This document shows, piece by piece, positions 48,424 to 55,951 of a stretch of 55,951 nucleotides of DNA. The translations under genes and the position numbers were made by a program. The notes under the pieces are model-generated. The model was not told the DNA's origin and did not search any database. It saw only the letters and a list, made by a program, of their open reading frames with translations. The DNA is taken from assembly GCA_050942625.1 (NCBI GenBank), contig JBMNNS010000003.1, forward strand, positions 1 through 55,951. Reading direction: 5' to 3'. This stretch comes from Dethiobacteria bacterium (GTDB lineage: Bacteria > Bacillota > Dethiobacteria > DTU022 > UBA8154). Position 1 is the first letter of the stretch. Each line of letters begins with the position of its first letter.

Positions 48424-49030
48424 GGAAAGCAGCAGCCTTCTAATAAAAGGGAAGGTTGTAATGGAAGGGATCAGAGAAGGGGACAGTATTGCTGTTAATG
48501 GTGTCTGCCTCACTGTTACCGGTTTTTCCCGTTCAGCCTTTTATGTTGACGTTATGCCTGAAACGCTACGCAAAACGAACCTCCACCAATTCAAGGCTGG
48601 TGATAAGGTAAACCTGGAAAGGGCTCTGCCGGCAGGCGGCCGTATGGGGGGTCATTTTGTCAGTGGGCATATAGATGCTACGGGAAAAATTCTCACAAAA
48701 AAACGGGAGGGGAATGCCATTGTAGTCCACATTGGCGCCCCCGGGGAAGTAATGCGTTATGTAATAGAAAAGGGGTCTATAGCGGTAGACGGGGTTAGCT
48801 TAACAGCTATCGATGTCCAGGATTCCTCTTTTGCCATATCTCTAATACCCCATACAGCCAAATTAACCACCCTTGGTTTTAAAGGACCTGGCGACACCGT
48901 TAACCTGGAAGCGGACCTGCTTGGCAAATATATTGAAAAATTTGTTGCCGGTATGCTCAAAGGGAAAAATACCTCCAGGGTGGAAAAAGGGATTTCCTAT
49001 AGTTTTTTAAGCGAAAACGGGTTTTTGTAA
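48368..49030 (+). CDS. ribE: riboflavin synthase alpha chain
   Basis: MFTGIVEE, GDSIAVNGVCLT and GGHFVSGH motifs. Confidence 0.95.
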   Translation: MFTGIVEELGEILSQQHYRESSSLLIKGKVVMEGIREGDSIAVNGVCLTVTGFSRSAFYVDVMPETLRKTNLHQFKAGDKVNLERALPAGGRMGGHFVSGHIDATGKILTKKREGNAIVVHIGAPGEVMRYVIEKGSIAVDGVSLTAIDVQDSSFAISLIPHTAKLTTLGFKGPGDTVNLEADLLGKYIEKFVAGMLKGKNTSRVEKGISYSFLSENGFL

Positions 49031-49067
49031 TCACAAATAGCTGGAGAAGTTAGGGGGATGACTAAAA

Positions 49068-50288
49068 ATGGAAGATGTATTTTTTAATACTATTGATGAG
49101 GTGATCGAGGATCTGAAAGAAGGGAAAATGATTGTCGTTGTGGACGATCAGGACAGGGAAAATGAAGGGGATCTCATTATGGCTGCGGAAAAAGCTACTC
49201 CAGAGGCCGTAAATTTCATGGCTACCTATGGGCGTGGCCTGATCTGTGTTCCTCTTACTGAAGAACGTATTAAAGAACTAAATCTTCCTCTCATGGTTGC
49301 TCAAAACACCGACAAGCATCAAACTGCATTTACGGTATCCGTTGATGCCAAGGGGACTACGACAGGGATCTCTGCTTTTGAAAGAGCAATGACCATTAAA
49401 AAGTTGATCAGTCCCGATGCCAGGCCCGAGGATTTTACCCGGCCAGGGCATATTTTCCCCTTGCAAGCAAAAGAGGGCGGTGTCTTGCGCCGCACTGGCC
49501 ATACCGAGGCTGCTGTTGATCTGGCCAGGCTAGCCGGGCTCCAGCCGGCGGGTGTGCTCTGCGAGATCATGAACGATGATGGTACTATGGCCAGGGTCCC
49601 CCAGCTCATGAATTATGTCCGGGAACATGGTCTAAAGATCATTACCATCGCTGACCTTATCGAGTACCGTATGAAAAAGCAAAAACTGGTCTGGAGGGCA
49701 GCAGAAACTGTTTTGCCAACACCTTTTGGTGAATTTAAGCTTATTGCTTACAATAATTCCGTGGATGACAAAACCCATATTGCCCTCACCATGGGGAAAA
49801 TAGATAAGGACACACCTAAGTTGGTCAGGGTGCATTCCGAATGTTTTACCGGTGACGTGCTTGGATCGCTTCGTTGCGATTGCGGCAGGCAGCTTGCCCA
49901 GGCTTTAAAACAGATTGGCGAGGGCGGCAGCGGGGTGCTTGTTTATATGAGGCAGGAAGGCCGCGGCATTGGCCTTGTTAATAAAATAAAGGCTTATTAC
50001 CTGCAGGACTGTGGCAAGGATACCGTGGAAGCAAATATAGAGCTTGGTTTCCCTCCCGACCTTCGCGACTATGGTTTGGGGGCTCAGATTCTGGTTGATT
50101 TAGGGGTTGGGAAAATACGCCTCCTAACCAATAACCCCCGCAAAATTAAAGGACTGGAAGGGTACGGGTTAACCATTGTAGAGCGGGTCCCAATTGAAAT
50201 TTCCCCGAATGTCTATAATACCTATTATCTTGAAACCAAGAGGGATAAATTAGGACATCTTTTAGACTTTACCGGAAATAAGAAATAA
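49068..50288 (+). CDS. ribBA: DHBP synthase / GTP cyclohydrolase II
   Basis: [25 protein letters not shown]...RCDC and QEGRGIG motifs. Confidence 0.96.
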   Translation: MEDVFFNTIDEVIEDLKEGKMIVVVDDQDRENEGDLIMAAEKATPEAVNFMATYGRGLICVPLTEERIKELNLPLMVAQNTDKHQTAFTVSVDAKGTTTGISAFERAMTIKKLISPDARPEDFTRPGHIFPLQAKEGGVLRRTGHTEAAVDLARLAGLQPAGVLCEIMNDDGTMARVPQLMNYVREHGLKIITIADLIEYRMKKQKLVWRAAETVLPTPFGEFKLIAYNNSVDDKTHIALTMGKIDKDTPKLVRVHSECFTGDVLGSLRCDCGRQLAQALKQIGEGGSGVLVYMRQEGRGIGLVNKIKAYYLQDCGKDTVEANIELGFPPDLRDYGLGAQILVDLGVGKIRLLTNNPRKIKGLEGYGLTIVERVPIEISPNVYNTYYLETKRDKLGHLLDFTGNKK

Positions 50289-50312
50289 GAGCTAAGGGCG
50301 GTGCTAATCTTG

Positions 50313-50777
50313 GTGAAACAAATTGAGGGTTATCTTAGTGCAAAAGGATTTCGTTTTGGGTTAATAGTAAGCCGTTTCAATGAATTCATTTCCAGCAAGC
50401 TTCTAACGGGGGCCCTGGATGCCTTGAGAAGGCACGATGCCGCCGATGAAGATATAGAAATAGCCTGGGTTCCGGGTTCTTTTGAAATACCCCTGGCAGC
50501 CAAAAAAATGGTCAAAAGTGGGCGTTATGATGCTGTTATCTGCCTTGGTGCTGTGATCAGGGGCGACACCCCTCATTTTGACTATGTGGCTTCCGAGGTG
50601 GCCAAAGGTATTGCCCTTGTGGGGCTGGAAACAGAACTACCCGTTATTTTTGGCGTTATAACCAGCGATACTTTAGAACAAGCAATTGAAAGGGCTGGTA
50701 ACAAAGCAGGCAATAAGGGTTGGGATGCTGCCCTTAGTGCCATCGAAATGGCAAACCTGATCCCAAAAATAAGCTAA
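50313..50777 (+). CDS. ribH: 6,7-dimethyl-8-ribityllumazine synthase
   Basis: [23 protein letters not shown] and GNKG motifs. Confidence 0.96.
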   Translation: MKQIEGYLSAKGFRFGLIVSRFNEFISSKLLTGALDALRRHDAADEDIEIAWVPGSFEIPLAAKKMVKSGRYDAVICLGAVIRGDTPHFDYVASEVAKGIALVGLETELPVIFGVITSDTLEQAIERAGNKAGNKGWDAALSAIEMANLIPKIS

Positions 50778-50815
50778 TGTAATTCTGAATAAAAATGTAA
50801 TAGATAGTCTCCAAT

Positions 50816-50845
50816 AAAGGGGGGCAGGTTTCCTGCCCTCTTTTT
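50816..50845 (+). terminator. rib operon terminator
   Basis: GGGCAGG-TTT-CCTGCCC followed by TCTTTTT. Confidence 0.7.
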
Positions 50846-50881
50846 CGAGGAAAGAGGGGAAGGAAAGATAGGGTGGTATAA

Positions 50882-53605
50882 ATGGCGGATGAAGAAAAAA
50901 AAGGCCGGGGTAAATTTTTTATCCTGGATGGGAACAGCTTAGCTTACAGGGCCTTTTTTGCCCTTCCACTGGAAATACAAACTAAAAAAGGCCTTCACAC
51001 TAATGCGGTGCTTGGGTTTACCAACATGCTGTTACGCTTGCTCAGGGATGAATCTCCGGAATATTTAGCAGTAGCTTTTGATTACCCTGCCCCTACCTTT
51101 CGGCACAAGGTATACCGGGAATATAAGGCTACAAGAGAAAAAACTCCCCCGGAACTCAGTGAACAATTACCGTTTATTAAAAAAGTTCTTAAAGCCTTCA
51201 ATATTCCGGTTTTTGAAATAGAAGGTTATGAAGCGGACGATATCATTGGAACTTTTTGCCGGATCGGGGAGGAAGCCCAGATCGATCCTGTGATAGTCAC
51301 AGCCGATACCGATGTCTACCAACTTTTTTCCTCCCGGACAAAAGCTCTTATAACGCGCAAGGGGATTTCCCTGCTGGAGGAATTTAGCCTAGAAAAGCTA
51401 AAAAGGGACTATAACCTTACCCCGGCCCAGTGGGTAGATTTTAAAGCTTTAAAAGGGGACAGTTCCGATAATATCCCCGGGGTACCGGGAATAGGGGAGA
51501 AAAGGGCGCTACAGCTTTTGGGGAAGTACGGTTCCCTGGAAGGAATCCTCAGCCATAAGGATAAAATAAAGGGTAAGTTAGGGGAAAACCTCAGGGCCTA
51601 TGCTGAACAGGCCCTGCAGAGCAAGGATCTGGTCTTGATTAACAGATACGTTCCCGTAACCCTGCTCCTGGAAGAGTGCCGCCTCAGCAATCCCAGCTGG
51701 GAAAATTTATATGCTGTTTTTACGGAATTGGAATTTAAAAACCTGATCGAGAGGACCCCCCAACTTTCCCGTTTAAAAAACGGTGGCAAGTTACCGGGGC
51801 CTGTAATTTCGGAGGCCGGCGAAAAACTGGATTTAAAAATTTCCCAGGTAAAAAATAGGAGAGAACTTAAGGCTTTTTCTAAAAAAATAAGAAGTTCTTC
51901 GTTTTTTTCTCTGCTTTTGCCCCCAGATGCCCCCAACCGGGCTTCTGCAGCAGGGTTATTCTGTGCTCCGGGAAAAGAGGAGGTCTTCTATCTACCCCTT
52001 GACGGTAGCGGTATCCCAGTAAACCTAATCCTTGAAATCTTGAATGATGTTTTTACAGATCCAGCCAGAACGCTTCTTACCCATGACTTTAAACCCTTTT
52101 TTAAATATTTTACAGAAAAAGGGGTTTGTTTTTCCTGCCGGGTATTTGATACCCTTTTAGCTGCTTATTTACTTGAACCCGGCAGGCCTGCCTACCATCT
52201 TACCGTGTTATACGAGGAATATTTGGGTTTAAAAATTCCAGAGCCGGCAAAGGGGCTTGCCGGGGAGCAAGGTTTTAAAGAAGAACAACTTTTTTGGGGC
52301 CGTTGCACGCATCACCTATTCGATCTGCAAACAGTCTTAGGGGACAACTTAGAAAATAGGGAACTGGCCAGGCTTTATTATGAACTGGAACTGCCCCTTA
52401 CCCGGGTCTTGGCCGGGATGGAATTAAAAGGTATAACGGTAAGGGAGGAAATCCTGGATAACCTGGCTATGGAGTTAGATAAAGAAATGGAATCCCTCCA
52501 TGAGGAGATCATCAGGCTGGCAGGAGAACCCTTTAACCTTAGCTCACCAAAACAGTTAAGCTTCATTCTTTTTGAAAAACTGAATTTACCGGTTATCCGG
52601 CGGATTAAAACCGGATATTCCACTGATGCCAGAGTGCTTCAGGAGCTTTCGCTTTACCATCCCATTGCTGCCCACTTATTAAAATACCGGACTATGCACA
52701 AACTAAAGACTACCTATATCGATGGACTGCGGGCGTTGATCAGGCCGGAAACGGGAAAGGTCCACACCACCTTTAACCAGACCGTAACAGCAACCGGCCG
52801 GCTTAGCAGCAAGGATCCTAACCTGCAAAACATTCCGGTCAGAGTGGAAGAGGGGCGCAGGGTGCGTGAGGCTTTTACCCCCAGCCGGGAAGGTAACCTC
52901 TTTCTTGCCGCCGACTATTCCCAGATCGAACTGCGCATCATGGCCCATCTTTCAGGGGACACCAACCTGATCGATGCTTTTCAAAGGGAACAGGATATCC
53001 ATACCCGTACAGCGGCAGAAGTTTTTAACGTCCCCCTCCAGGACGTTACTCCCACAATGCGCGACAGGGCCAAGGCCGTTAATTTTGGCATTATTTATGG
53101 TATTAGTGACTATGGGCTATCGCAGGATTTGCAAATTTCCAGGGCAGAGTCGCGGGGGTACATTAAAAGCTATTTTAAACGTTACCCGGGGGTCCAGGAA
53201 TATGTCCGCAGCTGCATCGCCATGGCCCGGGAAAAGGGATATGTTACCACAGTAATGAATAGGAGACGTTACCTGCCCGATATAAACCATTCTAATTTTA
53301 ACCGCAGAAGTTTTGCGGAGCGCATGGTTCGCAATACCCCTGTGCAGGGCTCAGCGGCGGATATTATCAAGGCTGCCATGCTGGCCATTGATCGTTGGCT
53401 TCAGGAAAACAAGCTGCAAACGGCTATGATCCTTCAGGTTCATGACGAGCTTATTTTTGAGCTTTATGTAGAGGAACTGGAAAAGGTGGCCAGGAATGTG
53501 AAGAAGATCATGGAGGGTATCTTCCCCCTTTCGGTACCCCTGAAAGTTGAATTAAAGTTAGGCAGGGATTGGTACCACCTGTATCCCCTTGATCTGGAGG
53601 TGTAG
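50882..53605 (+). CDS. polA: DNA polymerase I
   Basis: 5'-3' exonuclease (DGNSLAYRAF, EADD, GDSSDNIPG) and polymerase (DYSQIELR, KAVNFGIIYG, QVHDEL) motifs. Confidence 0.97.
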   Translation: MADEEKKGRGKFFILDGNSLAYRAFFALPLEIQTKKGLHTNAVLGFTNMLLRLLRDESPEYLAVAFDYPAPTFRHKVYREYKATREKTPPELSEQLPFIKKVLKAFNIPVFEIEGYEADDIIGTFCRIGEEAQIDPVIVTADTDVYQLFSSRTKALITRKGISLLEEFSLEKLKRDYNLTPAQWVDFKALKGDSSDNIPGVPGIGEKRALQLLGKYGSLEGILSHKDKIKGKLGENLRAYAEQALQSKDLVLINRYVPVTLLLEECRLSNPSWENLYAVFTELEFKNLIERTPQLSRLKNGGKLPGPVISEAGEKLDLKISQVKNRRELKAFSKKIRSSSFFSLLLPPDAPNRASAAGLFCAPGKEEVFYLPLDGSGIPVNLILEILNDVFTDPARTLLTHDFKPFFKYFTEKGVCFSCRVFDTLLAAYLLEPGRPAYHLTVLYEEYLGLKIPEPAKGLAGEQGFKEEQLFWGRCTHHLFDLQTVLGDNLENRELARLYYELELPLTRVLAGMELKGITVREEILDNLAMELDKEMESLHEEIIRLAGEPFNLSSPKQLSFILFEKLNLPVIRRIKTGYSTDARVLQELSLYHPIAAHLLKYRTMHKLKTTYIDGLRALIRPETGKVHTTFNQTVTATGRLSSKDPNLQNIPVRVEEGRRVREAFTPSREGNLFLAADYSQIELRIMAHLSGDTNLIDAFQREQDIHTRTAAEVFNVPLQDVTPTMRDRAKAVNFGIIYGISDYGLSQDLQISRAESRGYIKSYFKRYPGVQEYVRSCIAMAREKGYVTTVMNRRRYLPDINHSNFNRRSFAERMVRNTPVQGSAADIIKAAMLAIDRWLQENKLQTAMILQVHDELIFELYVEELEKVARNVKKIMEGIFPLSVPLKVELKLGRDWYHLYPLDLEV

Positions 53606-53610
53606 TATAT

Positions 53611-54444
53611 TTGCCCGAACTTCCGGAAGTAGAATGCATCGTCCGCGATCTGAGACGTTGTTGCGTTGGGAAAAGGATAACGGGGGTTCGCTTTTTATAT
53701 CCAGGGTTACTGCAGGGCATGGAGCCTGCAGATTTTACCCGGCGGGTTGCAGGTTGTCTGATCCAGAAGGTGAGCAGGAAGGGGAAATATATACTATTTT
53801 ATTTAAGCAGTGGCGAGGTAATGGAGATCCATTTGCGCATGACCGGCAATTTACTTTACTATAGTAACCCCATAACCCCTAACAAGTATGTCCGGGCTAT
53901 CTTTTTTTTAAATGAATGCAGCCGGCTTTTTTTTCAGGATATCCGCAAGTTTGGCACCTTGAGGTTATGGCCGAAAGAGAAATTACCGCAGGCCCCCTCT
54001 TCCCTCCTGGGTTGTGATCCTCTGGGGGCACAATTTAATCCAGATACTTTTCGAACTCTCCTGCAGGGAAAACCAGCAAGAATGATCAAATCTTTTCTGC
54101 TTGACCAAGGAAATATTGCCGGGATGGGTAATATATATACTGATGAGGCTTTGTTCAGGGCCGGGATCCATCCTGCAAGAAAAGCCGGCAGCCTTAGCCT
54201 GCTTGAGGAGGAAAGACTTTATGAGGCTATTTGTAGTATTCTACAGGAAGCGATAGCCTTGCGGGGCACCAGTTTTGCTAATTACAGGGATTTAGCCGGC
54301 GAAAAAGGGGGTTTCCGGGAATTGTTAAAGGTTTATCGCAGAAAGGGCCAGCCATGTTTTCGTTGTGGAAGGGAAATACAGCGCCGTGTTATTGCCGGCC
54401 GCGGGACGTTCTTTTGCAGATTTTGCCAGCCCCTGGCAAAATGA
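53611..54444 (+). CDS. mutM: formamidopyrimidine-DNA glycosylase
   Basis: PELPEVE, HLRMTG and GNIYTDE motifs; C-terminal Zn finger. Confidence 0.96.
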   Translation: MPELPEVECIVRDLRRCCVGKRITGVRFLYPGLLQGMEPADFTRRVAGCLIQKVSRKGKYILFYLSSGEVMEIHLRMTGNLLYYSNPITPNKYVRAIFFLNECSRLFFQDIRKFGTLRLWPKEKLPQAPSSLLGCDPLGAQFNPDTFRTLLQGKPARMIKSFLLDQGNIAGMGNIYTDEALFRAGIHPARKAGSLSLLEEERLYEAICSILQEAIALRGTSFANYRDLAGEKGGFRELLKVYRRKGQPCFRCGREIQRRVIAGRGTFFCRFCQPLAK

Positions 54445-54587
54445 AACCCGGTCAGCGTTTTAAGAATTTGTTACTTGATTTTGGCAGATTTTAGCTAAAT
54501 CGCTCTTAAGATATTGATTTTAACGTTTTAGTTTATTATACTTTTTATTATACTTTGAATTGGGTATATTAGGAAGGGGCTCTAAAA

Positions 54588-55193
54588 TTGTTAAAGGTAG
54601 GGCTTACAGGTGGAATAGGATGCGGGAAATCTATGGTTGCCAAAATGTTGGCTTCAAAAAGCGCTTTATTGATTGATGCCGATCAGCTGGCCAGGGAGGT
54701 GGTAGAACCAGGGGAACCTGCCTGGGAAGAAATTGTTAAATGGTTGGACAGGGATGTTCTACTGGAAGACAATACCCTTGATCGACGGCGCTTGGGTGAA
54801 ATAGTCTTTGGAGATGAAAAAAAGCTCCAAAAGTTAAATGCCATTATCCATCCCCATATTGCGGCGTTGCTTTCCCAAAGAAGTGCCCAGTATGCCCTTT
54901 CCTATCCTGACAGGGTCCAGATCTGGGAGGTACCCCTTTTGTTTGAAGTTGGTATGCAGGATAAGGTCGATTATGTCGTAGTTGTTGCCGCCAGCCACGA
55001 AAATCAGGTAAAGAGGTTGAGGGAAAGGGATCGTTTGCCGGAGGAGGAAATATTAAAGCGAATCAATTCCCAACTTCCCTTGCAGGAAAAAATTGATGCA
55101 GCCGATTATGTAATTTACAACGATGGCACAGAGGATCATTTACAGCAGGAAGTGGATCTACTTTGGGAAAAAATCAGGGAGCTGGCACTTTAA
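54588..55193 (+). CDS. coaE: dephospho-CoA kinase
   Basis: GLTGGIGCGKS, DAD, IIHP and PLLFE motifs. TTGATT-17 bp-TATACT promoter at 54514-54542. Confidence 0.95.
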   Translation: MLKVGLTGGIGCGKSMVAKMLASKSALLIDADQLAREVVEPGEPAWEEIVKWLDRDVLLEDNTLDRRRLGEIVFGDEKKLQKLNAIIHPHIAALLSQRSAQYALSYPDRVQIWEVPLLFEVGMQDKVDYVVVVAASHENQVKRLRERDRLPEEEILKRINSQLPLQEKIDAADYVIYNDGTEDHLQQEVDLLWEKIRELAL

Positions 55194-55270
55194 GGTGACA
55201 AAGGCCTGCAGCAAAGTGTCAAGCTTAACACTCTAATGATCTGAGGTGTTTTCTGCTGGGGAACAAGAAC

Positions 55271-55816
55271 TTGGGCAGGGCATTATTTCTACTAATATTT
55301 ATTTTGCTGTTATATTTGATTATCTCACAGGCTAGTTTTTTCTTAAAATATGTTTATCCCTTTCACTACCGTGAAGCAATTACAGCTGCAGCAGAAAATA
55401 ATAAATTGGATCCCCTGTTGGTTGCGGCGATGATCTGGGTAGAAAGCGGTTTTGACGAGAAGGCCGAATCGGATAAGGGGGCAATTGGTTTGATGCAGAT
55501 CATGCCCGAGACGGGTTTGTGGGCGGCGGAACAGATGGGGTTCAGCGACTTCACTGCCGAGAAACTCTTTGATCCTTATATAAGCATTACTATTGGTTCA
55601 TGGTACCTTGGTCAGCTATTAGACCAATTTAATCGCAATACCTATGCTGCCCTGGCTGCCTACAATGGGGGCAGGGGCCATGTAAGTAGTTGGCTTGAAA
55701 ACGGGACCTGGGATGGAAGCAGGGAAAACCTGGCAGATATTCCCTTCCCGGAAACATTTCACTATATAAAAAGGATTGAGCGGGTATATCAACGTTACAG
55801 TAATATTTACAAGTAG
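55271..55816 (+). CDS. SLT-family lytic transglycosylase
   Basis: VES, GAIGLMQIMPET, AAYNGG and FPET motifs; N-terminal TM helix. Confidence 0.92.
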   Translation: MGRALFLLIFILLLYLIISQASFFLKYVYPFHYREAITAAAENNKLDPLLVAAMIWVESGFDEKAESDKGAIGLMQIMPETGLWAAEQMGFSDFTAEKLFDPYISITIGSWYLGQLLDQFNRNTYAALAAYNGGRGHVSSWLENGTWDGSRENLADIPFPETFHYIKRIERVYQRYSNIYK

Positions 55817-55951
55817 TGACAGTGATAACAAAATATGTTAAACCTACAAAAGATAAAATAAAATTTTTAAAAAAAATGCAAAGGAAAAGGGAAATTGGTA
55901 AAGAAAAAGAATATATTAACAATGTCCCGTTAACTTTGTTAAAAATAACAA

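Overview
The window comes from a spore-forming, anaerobic, clostridia-like Firmicute. The first ~13 kb is accessory. It holds the trailer end of a CRISPR array with a duplicated spacer, a truncated ExeA-type transposon ATPase, a Csx20-family gene, a frameshifted FIST-GAF-GGDEF diguanylate cyclase, adenine deaminase plus an NCS2 permease, a three-gene rnfC-rnfD-FdnH/HybA-like electron-transfer module, tRNA-Leu(CAA) and a sirtuin. The rest is mostly conserved core: ylmC-yggS-sepF-yggT-ylmH-divIVA-T-box-ileS, lspA-rluA-pyrR, rqcH, Ca-ATPase, yicC-remA-gmk-rpoZ-coaBC-priA-def-fmt-rsmB-prpC-prkC-rsgA-rpe, ribDEBAH, polA-mutM-coaE and a lytic transglycosylase. Four observations stand out. (1) An intact NrdD homologue with its own promoter keeps the ATP cone but lacks the catalytic cysteines, Zn ribbon and glycyl-radical loop. 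(2) The minimal RnfCD-FeS module lacks rnfGEAB and any catalytic subunit. (3) CTG appears repeatedly as a start codon behind strong SD sequences (fmt, rsgA, probably others). (4) A compound REP-like palindrome with tandemly amplified arm ends follows ileS. All calls were made by eye from the sequence and ORF translations; no searches were run.
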